Below, in pieces: positions 15,222 through 23,493 of a stretch of DNA of 44,612 bases. Numbering within the stretch: position 1 is the stretch's first letter; every line of letters begins with the position of its first letter. Made by a program: the position numbers and the translations under genes. The notes under the pieces are model-generated. The model had not been told where the DNA came from. It ran no database searches and saw only the letters and a program-made list of their open reading frames with translations. Source of the DNA: a virus. Location of the stretch: positions 1 to 44,612 of the IMG/VR virus record IMGVR_UViG_3300005992_000001; one strand, given 5' to 3'.

Positions 15222-15632
15222 ATGAGCGGCATTGAGGCACAGGCGGTTTTGACCTTGGCGCCACCGAGCCGGGCGGTGGATTTGGCGACGGTGCGCCGCT
15301 GTGCGTCGATGACGCGAGCGATTGATTTGTGCGTGCAGCTCGCGGGCGAGAAGAATGACAAGCCGATTTATGGGGATCTGGAAATTGATGTGGCGACGTG
15401 GTCGCGCATTAAGACGGGCGCGGCGAATTTTCCACACGAAAAATTTGAGGCGCTGATGGATCGCTGCGGCAATGATGTGCCGCTGCTGTGGCTGGCGGAT
15501 CGCCGCGGCTATGAGCTGCGCCGAAAGTTGTCGGCGGTGGAGCAAGAGCTGGAGGGCGAGCGGGCGCGGCGTTTTGAGCTTGAGCGCAAGCTGGCCTATT
15601 TCGAAGAGCTGATGGGAAAGGTGGTGCGCTGA
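15222..15632 (+). CDS. cII-like/phage regulatory protein (HTH plus C-terminal coiled coil)
   Basis: The position after cro, the block WSRIKTGAANFPHEKFEALMDRCGNDVPLLWLADRRGY and a heptad-like tail; family assignment is tentative. Confidence 0.4.
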   Translation: MSGIEAQAVLTLAPPSRAVDLATVRRCASMTRAIDLCVQLAGEKNDKPIYGDLEIDVATWSRIKTGAANFPHEKFEALMDRCGNDVPLLWLADRRGYELRRKLSAVEQELEGERARRFELERKLAYFEELMGKVVR

Positions 15633-15649
15633 TTACCGGGGAGGCTGAC

Positions 15650-15856
15650 ATGGATAGGGCGGATTTTGCACAAGACAAGATTGATGCGGAGCAGGCGCAG
15701 CGTGTGGCGGCGCGGGTGGTGTATTACGGCGTGAGTGCGGGGGAGTGTATCGAGTGCGGTGAGCTGATCCCCAGTGCGCGGCAGGTGGCATTGCCCGGCT
15801 GTTTGTATTGCGTGGACTGTGTGGCAAGCATTGAGCGCGGTGAGGTGCGGCCATGA
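15650..15856 (+). CDS. TraR/DksA-family C4 zinc-finger protein
   Basis: CIECGELIPSARQ...CLYCVDC; GGGGAGG RBS. Confidence 0.75.
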   Translation: MDRADFAQDKIDAEQAQRVAARVVYYGVSAGECIECGELIPSARQVALPGCLYCVDCVASIERGEVRP

Positions 15857-16239
15857 ACTTGTTTATTTTTTGCCTAGAGCATGAAATTTTTGAGCTGGCG
15901 AATCTGGGGGCCATAAATGATTGCATTCAGCCCTGGCGCGCTGATGGGCGTATTCCAAAAAACGGCGATGTGGCGCGTTTCTACGCGACAAAATTTGGAT
16001 TAAGAACGGGGGATATTCACTGCGTCACCATCATCGACTCTTTGACATTGGCAATCTGCCCTAAGACGCATGCAGTGCGTCTTGAAGGTAGGTCATCAGA
16101 TGACGATGAAAAATTTGTTCTGGCATATAAATGCGGATTGTTTGACGCGGATGATCTTTTTGTTGGCTTACAGTCTCAGTTCAATGGCTTTGTGATTGCA
16201 TTCCACATTGACAGAACCATTCGATGTGGTGACGTATGA
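15853..16239 (+). CDS. Hypothetical protein (lower GC)
   Basis: 128-aa ORF with ATGA overlaps at both ends. Confidence 0.5.
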   Translation: MNLFIFCLEHEIFELANLGAINDCIQPWRADGRIPKNGDVARFYATKFGLRTGDIHCVTIIDSLTLAICPKTHAVRLEGRSSDDDEKFVLAYKCGLFDADDLFVGLQSQFNGFVIAFHIDRTIRCGDV

Positions 16240-16892
16240 CGCTATCACGCACGGGCGAGCCATCAACCCAAACACCCATCAAAATCACGCCTGAGCTGCT
16301 GGAGGCGATGACCGATTGTGATGATGGCGATGCCGAGATATGGGCGCCCCTTCTTACGCGCGCGGCGGCGCGGTATGACATCAGCACCCCGGCGAGGATG
16401 GCGGCCTGGGTGGGGCAGATTGCGCATGAGTCGCAGCGCTTTCGCCACACGGTAGAGAATTTAAACTACAGCGCCGCGCGTCTGCGGCAGGTTTTTCCGC
16501 GCCATTTTCCCGATTCGCGCATTGCGGGTGCGTATGCGCATGCGCCCGAGCGCATTGCCAATCGTGTTTATGCCCATCGCCTTGGCAATGGCGATGAGGC
16601 CAGCGGCGACGGATGGCGATTTCGTGGCCGGGGTTTGATTCAAATCACTGGGCGCGATAATTATCGCGCGTGCGGCGCTGGCATTTACCTGAATGTGATT
16701 ACGCATCCCGATATATTAACTATTCCACTGCGCGCGGCAACGTCGGCGGCGTGGTATTGGCATGTGCGTAAGCTGAATGCGCTCGCTGACAACAGTGATT
16801 ATGAATTGATAACGCGCCGCGTCAATGGCGGGCTGAATGGTCTGCAAGACAGGGTGAATCTCTCCATGCGCGCGCTGCGGGCGCTGGCATGA
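16236..16892 (+). CDS. Glycoside hydrolase family 19 (chitinase-like) lysozyme
   Basis: Blocks AAWVGQIAHESQRF, ENLNYSA, RFRGRGLIQITGRDNY and RRVNGGLNGLQDR are typical of phage GH19 muramidases. Confidence 0.85.
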   Translation: MTLSRTGEPSTQTPIKITPELLEAMTDCDDGDAEIWAPLLTRAAARYDISTPARMAAWVGQIAHESQRFRHTVENLNYSAARLRQVFPRHFPDSRIAGAYAHAPERIANRVYAHRLGNGDEASGDGWRFRGRGLIQITGRDNYRACGAGIYLNVITHPDILTIPLRAATSAAWYWHVRKLNALADNSDYELITRRVNGGLNGLQDRVNLSMRALRALA

Positions 16893-17266
16893 ATCAGCAC
16901 GCGTATAGTTTCCATCCGCAATTCGTCATGCCCTTGCTGCATGGCTTGAAGCTGCAAACGATACGCCGCCGCCATGATGATGAGCCCGCGCCGCTGCCAG
17001 GCGATACGGCGCGCTTGTATGCGGATGGGGATGACGGTCGCGCTGAGCTGTTGCTGAGCGTCATCATTACGCAGGTGCGGCCGGTCGCGATTCGTACCCG
17101 CTCGCGAACGATCACCCTCGACGGCGAGCTATTGTCATTGCTGCGCGCCCATGATTTCGCGCAGGCGGACGGCTTTGATAACCGTGATGCGCTGCTGGCG
17201 TACATCGCCAAGGTGTATGGCGATATGGAGTTCAGTGGCTGGTGCATCAATTGGGATGAGCCATGA
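16889..17266 (+). CDS. ASCH-domain-like protein
   Basis: FVMPLLHGLKLQTIRRR...PGDTARLY...FAQADGF fits the ASCH pattern. Confidence 0.55.
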   Translation: MNQHAYSFHPQFVMPLLHGLKLQTIRRRHDDEPAPLPGDTARLYADGDDGRAELLLSVIITQVRPVAIRTRSRTITLDGELLSLLRAHDFAQADGFDNRDALLAYIAKVYGDMEFSGWCINWDEP

Positions 17267-17475
17267 GCGGCCGCGATGACCGCGCGCCCAGCGTGCCGGA
17301 TTGTTTCGGCTGTCGCTGGCTGGTGGTGGTGAAGCATTTCGGCGTTATCGAGCGCAAGCTGATTACCTCGCACGATTGCGTGCGTAAGCGTATCGAGGTG
17401 CCGAATCGGTGTGATGAATACAGTGTGATGGCCACTTTCCCCGCATCGCTAACTGGGGGGCTTGATGATGAGTGA
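17263..17475 (+). CDS. Hypothetical protein
   Basis: 70-aa ORF, ATGA-coupled. Confidence 0.4.
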   Translation: MSGRDDRAPSVPDCFGCRWLVVVKHFGVIERKLITSHDCVRKRIEVPNRCDEYSVMATFPASLTGGLDDE

Positions 17476-18919
17476 GGGTGGCGCAGGGGTGCTGCACAGT
17501 TTAGAGGCTGAGCAATCCGTCATCGGCGGCCTGCTGATTGACAATGGCGCCTGGGATAGCTGCGCGGATCGCGTTGCCGAGAAGGATTTTTATAGCCTGG
17601 ATCATCGCAAGATTTTCCGCGCAATTTCCCGTTTGTTGGAGGGCAGCAAGGTTGCGGATGTGATTACCGTGACTGAGTTTTTAACGGCGCACGGCGAACT
17701 TGAAAAGGTGGGTGGCCTGGCCTATGTGGGCATGCTCTGCAAGAACACACCGAGTGCCGCCAGCGTGGTGCATTACGCCGATATTGTGCGTGAGCATAGC
17801 TTGCTGCGCGCCTTGACGCGGGCCTCGGCGGACATTGCCGAGGCGGTGGCGAAGCGCGAAGGACGCGGCGCGAAAGAGTTGATGGATATGGCGCAATCAA
17901 AAATGATGGCGCTGTCAGAAGGGGCGGTGCAGGGCGGCAGTGGTCCGCAGCATGTGTCCCCGGTCATTGACGATGTGCTTGAGCACATCGATGAGCTGGC
18001 CAATCGTAAGAATCAAAGCGACGTTACCGGACTGGCCACGGGCTTCACCGAGCTGGATAAGATGACGACGGGCTTGCAAGCGGGTGAGTTGATTATTGTC
18101 GCGGCGCGGCCATCGATGGGTAAGACCGCGTTATCACTCAACATCGCCGAGCATGTGGCCTTGAACGCGGGTGGCAAGGTGTTGTTCTTCTCGCTGGAAA
18201 TGGCGAACAATCAATTAGGCATGCGCCTGCTGGCCTCGGTGTCGCGCCTGCATCAACAGCGGGTGCGGGTGGGCCGCTTGTATGACGCGGAATGGCCGCG
18301 CCTGGTGCAGGCGGCTGACAAGCTGCGGGGCGCACAGATTTACCTGGACGAAGAGGGCACGATGACGGCGCACGATATGCGTGCCCGTGCGCGTAGGCTG
18401 CATCGTGAGTGCGGCGGGCTCGATCTCATCGTGGTGGATTATTTGCAGCTTATGCAGGGCGCGGGGCGGTCTGATAACCGCGCGCAAGAGTTGTCTGAGA
18501 TATCACGCTCACTCAAGCTGCTGGCGAAAGAGCTGCACATTCCGGTCGTCGCCTTATCACAGCTCAATCGCGCGCTCGAACAGCGGCCGAACAAACGGCC
18601 GATCATGTCTGATCTGCGTGACTCGGGGGGCATCGAGCAGGATGCCGATATCATTCTGTTCATCTACCGTGATGAGGTTTACAACGAGGACAGCCCGGAC
18701 AAGGGGCTGGCTGAGATCATCATCGGCAAGCAGCGCAATGGCCCCACGGGCACGGTGCATGTGGCCTTCCACGGTGAGCACACCCGCTTTGAGAATCGTG
18801 ACTGGCACGAGCCTATACCCTCGACGGTGCAACGTAATGAGCGGCGATCCAAACGCGCTGGCAGTGCTGGCGGCGAGTCTTTCCGCGGCAAAAATGCGCA
18901 TGATGGCGTAAACAATTAA
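17465..18919 (+). CDS. dnaB: Replicative DNA helicase DnaB
   Basis: N-terminal block LEAEQSVIGGLL, Walker A ARPSMGKTALSLN, block LIVVDYLQLM and block SQLNRALEQR. Confidence 0.95.
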   Translation: MMSEGGAGVLHSLEAEQSVIGGLLIDNGAWDSCADRVAEKDFYSLDHRKIFRAISRLLEGSKVADVITVTEFLTAHGELEKVGGLAYVGMLCKNTPSAASVVHYADIVREHSLLRALTRASADIAEAVAKREGRGAKELMDMAQSKMMALSEGAVQGGSGPQHVSPVIDDVLEHIDELANRKNQSDVTGLATGFTELDKMTTGLQAGELIIVAARPSMGKTALSLNIAEHVALNAGGKVLFFSLEMANNQLGMRLLASVSRLHQQRVRVGRLYDAEWPRLVQAADKLRGAQIYLDEEGTMTAHDMRARARRLHRECGGLDLIVVDYLQLMQGAGRSDNRAQELSEISRSLKLLAKELHIPVVALSQLNRALEQRPNKRPIMSDLRDSGGIEQDADIILFIYRDEVYNEDSPDKGLAEIIIGKQRNGPTGTVHVAFHGEHTRFENRDWHEPIPSTVQRNERRSKRAGSAGGESFRGKNAHDGVNN

Positions 18920-18930
18920 GGGAACCAAGT

Positions 18931-19671
18931 ATGAGTGTGGCGGTAATGGGTGAAGTGTTTAAGCGGTATCCGGCGGGCGGAAATGAAATGCTCTTGGCCT
19001 TGGCCTTGGCCGATCATGCGCATGATGATGGCACGCGAATCTTTCCATCTGTCGAGACCCTGGCAATGAAGGTACGCGTATCAGAGCGCACCGTGCAGCG
19101 GCTCTTGACGAAGATGGTCAAGGATGGTTGGCTGCAACTGGCGCGCGACTCATCGGGTGGACGTGGGCAAACGCGTCACTATAGGATAAATCCACACTGG
19201 GTAAACGGTGACAATATGTCACCGTTAAAAGCCACTCAAGAGCCCAATGCGGAGCCTCAAGCGGAGATGCTAAACGGTGACAATTTGTCACCGTTAAAAG
19301 CAGAAGGGGTGACACCACGGGTAGTAAAGGGTGACATAGCTGTGTCACCCGAACCATCAGAACCATCAGTATCTAGTTCTTACGAACTAGATACGCACGC
19401 AGGTGCAGAGCAGAAGCGCGTGAAGGTTAGGTGGGATGATGGCAGCAAGCTCTTCGTCGGCATCGACGATGAGCTGATGGACAAGTGGGAGGCCGCATAC
19501 AAGCCGCTCGATATCGACCAGGAGCTGACGCGGCTTGAGCTGTGGTATGAGAACAACCCGAAGAAGCGCAAGAAAAACGTGGAGCGCTTCATCACCAACT
19601 GCCTATCGCGCAAGGCGACCGAGCTCATGCGGCCGAGGTTTGCACCAAGACCAGCGAGACGCAGCGCATGA
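18931..19671 (+). CDS. Winged-HTH replication initiator-like protein carrying internal iterons
   Basis: N-terminal HTH FPSVETLAMKVRVSERTVQRLLTKMVKDGWL; a central repeat region encoded by palindromic iterons (lambda O-like arrangement). Confidence 0.55.
   Translation: MSVAVMGEVFKRYPAGGNEMLLALALADHAHDDGTRIFPSVETLAMKVRVSERTVQRLLTKMVKDGWLQLARDSSGGRGQTRHYRINPHWVNGDNMSPLKATQEPNAEPQAEMLNGDNLSPLKAEGVTPRVVKGDIAVSPEPSEPSVSSSYELDTHAGAEQKRVKVRWDDGSKLFVGIDDELMDKWEAAYKPLDIDQELTRLELWYENNPKKRKKNVERFITNCLSRKATELMRPRFAPRPARRSA
19202..19350. repeat. Origin-like iterons (GGTGACA-containing palindromes)
   Basis: 30-nt units at 19202-19231 and 19271-19300 (29/30 identical), each with 10-bp arms AACGGTGACA/TGTCACCGTT; a third palindrome GGGTGACA-N6-TGTCACCC at 19329-19350; a half-site at 19308-19314. 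Confidence 0.65.
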
Positions 19672-19850
19672 ACCAAGCCGACAACACACCAGAGAAGTTC
19701 ATGGGTCCCTCCCCTCATCCTCGCAGTACGGACTGTAAAGGGCGCGGGTTTTCGCTAGGTCTGGTGGGCTTAGTGACTTCCTTACTCAGTGCAATCAATC
19801 ACTTGCTTAATTGTCGTGGTGATGTGATTCGCCTCGGTAGCGGTGAATGA
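19668..19850 (+). CDS. Hypothetical small protein (region may instead hold cos)
   Basis: 60-aa ORF with ATGA overlaps at both ends; no family recognised. Confidence 0.35.
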   Translation: MNQADNTPEKFMGPSPHPRSTDCKGRGFSLGLVGLVTSLLSAINHLLNCRGDVIRLGSGE

Positions 19851-20338
19851 TCGTCAATAAAAAAACATTGGCCGACATCATGGGTGTGTCGGAGCGCACG
19901 CTGACCGAATGGCAAGACGGCGGCATGCCGATCATGAGCGTGGGCGGTCGTGGTATTGAAAACCAGTATGAAACCGAAGTGGTGATCGACTGGCGTATCA
20001 ATCGCTCGCTGGCTGGCGCGAAGAAAGAAACCGAGCGTGAGCGCCGCGACCGACTTGAATCCGATTTGCTAGAGCTGCGCATCGCTGAAAAGATTTCCGG
20101 GCTGATCCCTGCCGATGTGCAGGAGGGATTGTGGGTTGGCGCGATCTTGGCGGCGCGCGCCGCCCTTCGTGGCATCCCCGACAAAATAAAATCCGACATT
20201 GACGCCAAGCACGGCACCAATATCGACATCGCCCCCCTCATCGCGATGGTGGACGAAGCGATGCAAAAATTATCCGAGACCACTTACAGCGAAGAGGAAA
20301 GCCCCACCGTGATGGATTATGAGGCTGACGACGCGTGA
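19847..20338 (+). CDS. Terminase small subunit (lambda Nu1-like)
   Basis: The N-terminus VNKKTLADIMGVSERTLTEWQDGGMPI...GGRGIENQYETEVVIDW parallels the Nu1 HTH. Confidence 0.85.
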   Translation: MIVNKKTLADIMGVSERTLTEWQDGGMPIMSVGGRGIENQYETEVVIDWRINRSLAGAKKETERERRDRLESDLLELRIAEKISGLIPADVQEGLWVGAILAARAALRGIPDKIKSDIDAKHGTNIDIAPLIAMVDEAMQKLSETTYSEEESPTVMDYEADDA

Positions 20339-22380
20339 ACGCCGTAGCGCCGCTACCGCTGAGCGTTGATGTCGTCGAGAAGTATAAGCTCAGGCTCACG
20401 GCGGTGCGCGCGCTCAATCGCGCCTGGAAGAAATGGGCGCCGCCCGAGAAGCTATCTCTGCAAGACTGGGCCGATAAGTACCGCTATCTGGCGCCGGAAT
20501 CATCCGCCCGCCCTGGCAAATATTCATCGGCCGTCACACCCTGGATCAGGCCGATACAGGCGTTGTTCGATAATCCCAATATTCACAAAATCGTATGCCG
20601 CAAATCGGCGCAAGTGTGTTGGACCGATGGCATTGTCAACAACTTCATCGGCCAGCGCGTTGACCTTGACCCTTGCGCCATGGTCATCATGTTCGCCAAG
20701 GTCGACGCCGGGAAGGAATACCTCACCGAGAAATTCATCCCCATGGTGAGGGTGACGCCAAGGCTCACCGAGAAGATAGACGTGACCACCGCGCGCAAGA
20801 GCGGCAACCGTTGGAACTTTAAAAAGTTCCCTGGCGGCTTCTTGAAAATCGTCGGCTCGAATTCGCCCAACTCGGTTAAATCCACGCCAGCGCCCATTGT
20901 CATCGTCGAAGAGCCAGACGACGCCAACACCAACATTAAGGGCCAGGGTGATTCCATCCGTCTGCTTGAGGAGCGCATTAAGAGTTTTCACAACTACAAA
21001 ATCATCTATGGTGGCACGCCGACGATAGAAGGCTTGTCCGAGATTGACTTCGCCTATCAAAACTCAGATCAGCGTAAATTCTTCGTGCCATGCCATGATT
21101 GCGGACAAACGCACGTGCTCAGTTTCGACAACCTTAAATGGGACGAAGACGAGAGCGTCAATCATGAGGTCTATGGCCACGCACTGCCCGAAACGGCCTA
21201 CTATTCCTGCCCGCATTGCGGCTCAATCTGGAGCGACGCGCAGAAAAACAAGAACGTAGAGCGTGCCGAATTGCTGCCCACGGCGGACTTTCACGGCACG
21301 GCCGGTGTTGAAATGAACGAATTAATAAGCAACTTCCCCGGATCGCGCCTCAATAATTTGGCGCAAAAGCTCATATCAGCGCAGTACAAGGCCAGGCAAG
21401 GTGACTACAACAGCCTCATCGCCTTCACCAATAGCAGCATGGGCATGGCCTATCGTTTTGGTGGCAGGCAGTTCGACAAAGACGAATTGGCCAAGGAAAA
21501 AGAAGAGCACTATGAAGAGGGCGTTGTTCCACGTGAAGCGCTGATACTCACTGTCGGCATCGATATACAGCACAATCGCTTCGCCGTTATCAAGCGCGCG
21601 TGGGGTCGGGGTGAAGAGTCATGGCTGGTCTACTGGGGCGAGATATTCGGCACCATCACCGACAGTAGCGACCCGTCGTGGGACGAACTAGAGCGCTTCG
21701 TATTTCGCGGCCATCGCCATGAAAGCGGCGCCGAGATATTCGCCGAGGCCATCAGCCTCGACACCAGCGACGGCGTCACCTCCGATATCGCTTACGCCTG
21801 GGTGAGGCGCATGAACAAAAAATACAATGGCCGAACCGTTATGGCCATCAAGGGCGCGTCCGATGACGCCAAGCGCGAAATTTTCACCCCACCCAAAACG
21901 TCGGTGGACAACCGCACGCCCACCAAGGCCTCGCGCTACGGCCTGCGCATTTACAGTGTGGGCACGAACAAAGCGAAAGATTTGATACTAGGCTCAGACA
22001 ACGCCCACGGCCGCCTGCGTCTGCCTGGCAACGGCCCAGGCCGCTTTCACATCTATGCCGCGGTGCGCGCCGATTATTGGACGCAGATCACCGCCGAGGT
22101 CAAAGCCCCCAGCCGCCGCCTGCACGGCCGCATGGTCTACCAAAAAAAGGCGGGCGTGCCCAATGAGGCATTGGACTGCGAGGTGTACGCACTGCATGCC
22201 GCGCGCGCCATCAAGGTTCACCTCATGAGCCCTGCGCAATGGGACGAGCTGGAAAAGCGCCTATTACAATCAGACCTGTTTAAGACTGGCGCCGCGGCTC
22301 TGCCGCAAACAACGCCAGAAGACACCGCGCCACCGCGCGCCCCGCGTGAAATCGTTTCGGAGGATCCATGGCTGAGATAG
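20335..22380 (+). CDS. Terminase large subunit (lambda gpA family)
   Basis: 681 aa; WADKYRYLAPESSARPGKYS, Walker-like KSAQVCWTDG and a CPHCG Zn motif. Confidence 0.93.
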   Translation: MNAVAPLPLSVDVVEKYKLRLTAVRALNRAWKKWAPPEKLSLQDWADKYRYLAPESSARPGKYSSAVTPWIRPIQALFDNPNIHKIVCRKSAQVCWTDGIVNNFIGQRVDLDPCAMVIMFAKVDAGKEYLTEKFIPMVRVTPRLTEKIDVTTARKSGNRWNFKKFPGGFLKIVGSNSPNSVKSTPAPIVIVEEPDDANTNIKGQGDSIRLLEERIKSFHNYKIIYGGTPTIEGLSEIDFAYQNSDQRKFFVPCHDCGQTHVLSFDNLKWDEDESVNHEVYGHALPETAYYSCPHCGSIWSDAQKNKNVERAELLPTADFHGTAGVEMNELISNFPGSRLNNLAQKLISAQYKARQGDYNSLIAFTNSSMGMAYRFGGRQFDKDELAKEKEEHYEEGVVPREALILTVGIDIQHNRFAVIKRAWGRGEESWLVYWGEIFGTITDSSDPSWDELERFVFRGHRHESGAEIFAEAISLDTSDGVTSDIAYAWVRRMNKKYNGRTVMAIKGASDDAKREIFTPPKTSVDNRTPTKASRYGLRIYSVGTNKAKDLILGSDNAHGRLRLPGNGPGRFHIYAAVRADYWTQITAEVKAPSRRLHGRMVYQKKAGVPNEALDCEVYALHAARAIKVHLMSPAQWDELEKRLLQSDLFKTGAAALPQTTPEDTAPPRAPREIVSEDPWLR

Positions 22381-22952
22381 ACGATGATGATATTCTGGAA
22401 TTCATTCAGTGCGAAACCGAAACCACAGCCATGCGCTTCGGCATCAAATCCGCCGTGGCCAGCGACATCGCCCGCACACTTAGCGAGATAGTGCGGCAGC
22501 GTTATTCTGGCGAACTCACGTATATTCGTAAAACCAACCGCACCGCAAAAAATGAGCTGCGCCGCGCCGTCATGGCCGATTTTAACGGAAATAACCATAA
22601 TGCGGTTTGTGTGAGGCACGGCATCAGCCCCAGCACCCTTTATCGCTTCATGAGAGACTGTAAAACAGCGGAGACAAAACAGGCCAAGCGCCAGGCACGC
22701 CGCGCCGCCGTGCTCGCCGAGTTCAATGGGTTCAATCATGCTGAAATTTGCGATAAATACCACATCAGCGAGCGCTTGTTGTATCGTTATCTTCAAGAGC
22801 TGGATACAAAAAGCCTTAAGCGGTCAAAGCGCCGCGCGCGCGCTGCGGCGGTGCTGTCGGATTTAGGACATGAGGCCCCTGAAGCGGTCTGCGACAAGCA
22901 CGGCATCAGCCGCAGTACGTTAAGCCGGTACAAGAAAGAAGACGGGAATTAG
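22368..22952 (+). CDS. Mor-like transcriptional activator with a triplicated C-terminal HTH module
   Basis: YSGELTYIRK...RRAVMADFNGNNHNAVCVRHGISPSTLYRFMRD, then RAAVLAEFNGFNHAEICDKYHISERLLYRYLQE and RAAAVLSDLGHEAPEAVCDKHGISRSTLSRYKKE. Confidence 0.6.
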   Translation: MAEIDDDDILEFIQCETETTAMRFGIKSAVASDIARTLSEIVRQRYSGELTYIRKTNRTAKNELRRAVMADFNGNNHNAVCVRHGISPSTLYRFMRDCKTAETKQAKRQARRAAVLAEFNGFNHAEICDKYHISERLLYRYLQELDTKSLKRSKRRARAAAVLSDLGHEAPEAVCDKHGISRSTLSRYKKEDGN

Positions 22953-22962
22953 CGAGGTGAGC

Positions 22963-23196
22963 ATGAAAAGCGACGAAGTGGAATTATTACGCATATTACA
23001 ACAAAAACAGTGCAGCGGCGGCGACACTATTCTGCCGTACAAAATCGCGCATTCACTAGGCATGAACGAAAAAAGGGCAGAATATATTTTCTTAAAGTGG
23101 ACCGGCAAGGGCTGGTATGACTATGGCATACATTGTGGGCAGGATGGCTTACACCTGCTGGCGCCGCAGCACGCAGGGATAGCAATCCTCGCCTAA
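22963..23196 (+). CDS. Hypothetical protein (77 aa, lower GC)
   Basis: ATG 22963 after GAGGTG; its last codons lie inside the 40-bp repeat. Confidence 0.45.
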   Translation: MKSDEVELLRILQQKQCSGGDTILPYKIAHSLGMNEKRAEYIFLKWTGKGWYDYGIHCGQDGLHLLAPQHAGIAILA

Positions 23197-23217
23197 AACT
23201 GCCAGTTTTTATATTTT
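23178..23217 (+). promoter_or_regulatory. 40-bp conserved element, copy A (candidate activator-dependent late promoter)
   Basis: GATAGCAATCCTCGCCTAAAACTGCCAGTTTTTATATTTT, 38/40 identical to 39864-39903; contains TATATT (23210-23215) with no -35 match; dyad AAAACTG-C-CAGTTTT. Confidence 0.45.
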
Positions 23218-23247
23218 ATGCACCGCCGCCGCCTGAATATAGGTGGC

Positions 23248-23493
23248 ATGGATGCAGCGCTACTCACTCTTGATTTACCCACCCTTAAAGCCCGGCTTGC
23301 CGAGGCTGTGGCGGCGATGCACGCGCTGGCCATCGGCGCGCGCGAGGTGTCGGTGGCGAAAAATGATGTGCGGGTGCAGTACAACGAGCTAAACAAAACC
23401 GCATTACAGGAATACATCGGCCAGCTCAATGCAGCGGTACGTTACAAGGAAGTCGGCGCGCCGCAGCGCGCGCCGATTTATATCACGCTTTAA
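23248..23493 (+). CDS. Head-tail joining protein gpW-like
   Basis: AGGTGG RBS; small helical protein (LKARLAEAVAAMHALAIG...VQYNELNKTALQEYIGQLNAAV) in the lambda W position upstream of the portal. Confidence 0.6.
   Translation: MDAALLTLDLPTLKARLAEAVAAMHALAIGAREVSVAKNDVRVQYNELNKTALQEYIGQLNAAVRYKEVGAPQRAPIYITL

Noticed and set aside
15050-15225. 58-codon plus-strand ORF between the cro-like and cII-like genes
   Set aside because: It has no RBS and spans the stem-loop plus T8 terminator. The hydrophobic FFPFLLL stretch is a translation of the T-rich terminator region.
19717-19724. Possible third copy of the 40-bp late element (ATCCTCGC)
   Set aside because: Only an 8-nt match, with no TATATT and no dyad; consistent with chance.
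19672-19846. cos site upstream of the Nu1-like gene
   Set aside because: It is expected here by analogy with lambda, but no convincing cosN dyad or R-site repeats were seen, and the region is occupied by an ATGA-coupled ORF. This cannot be decided from sequence alone.
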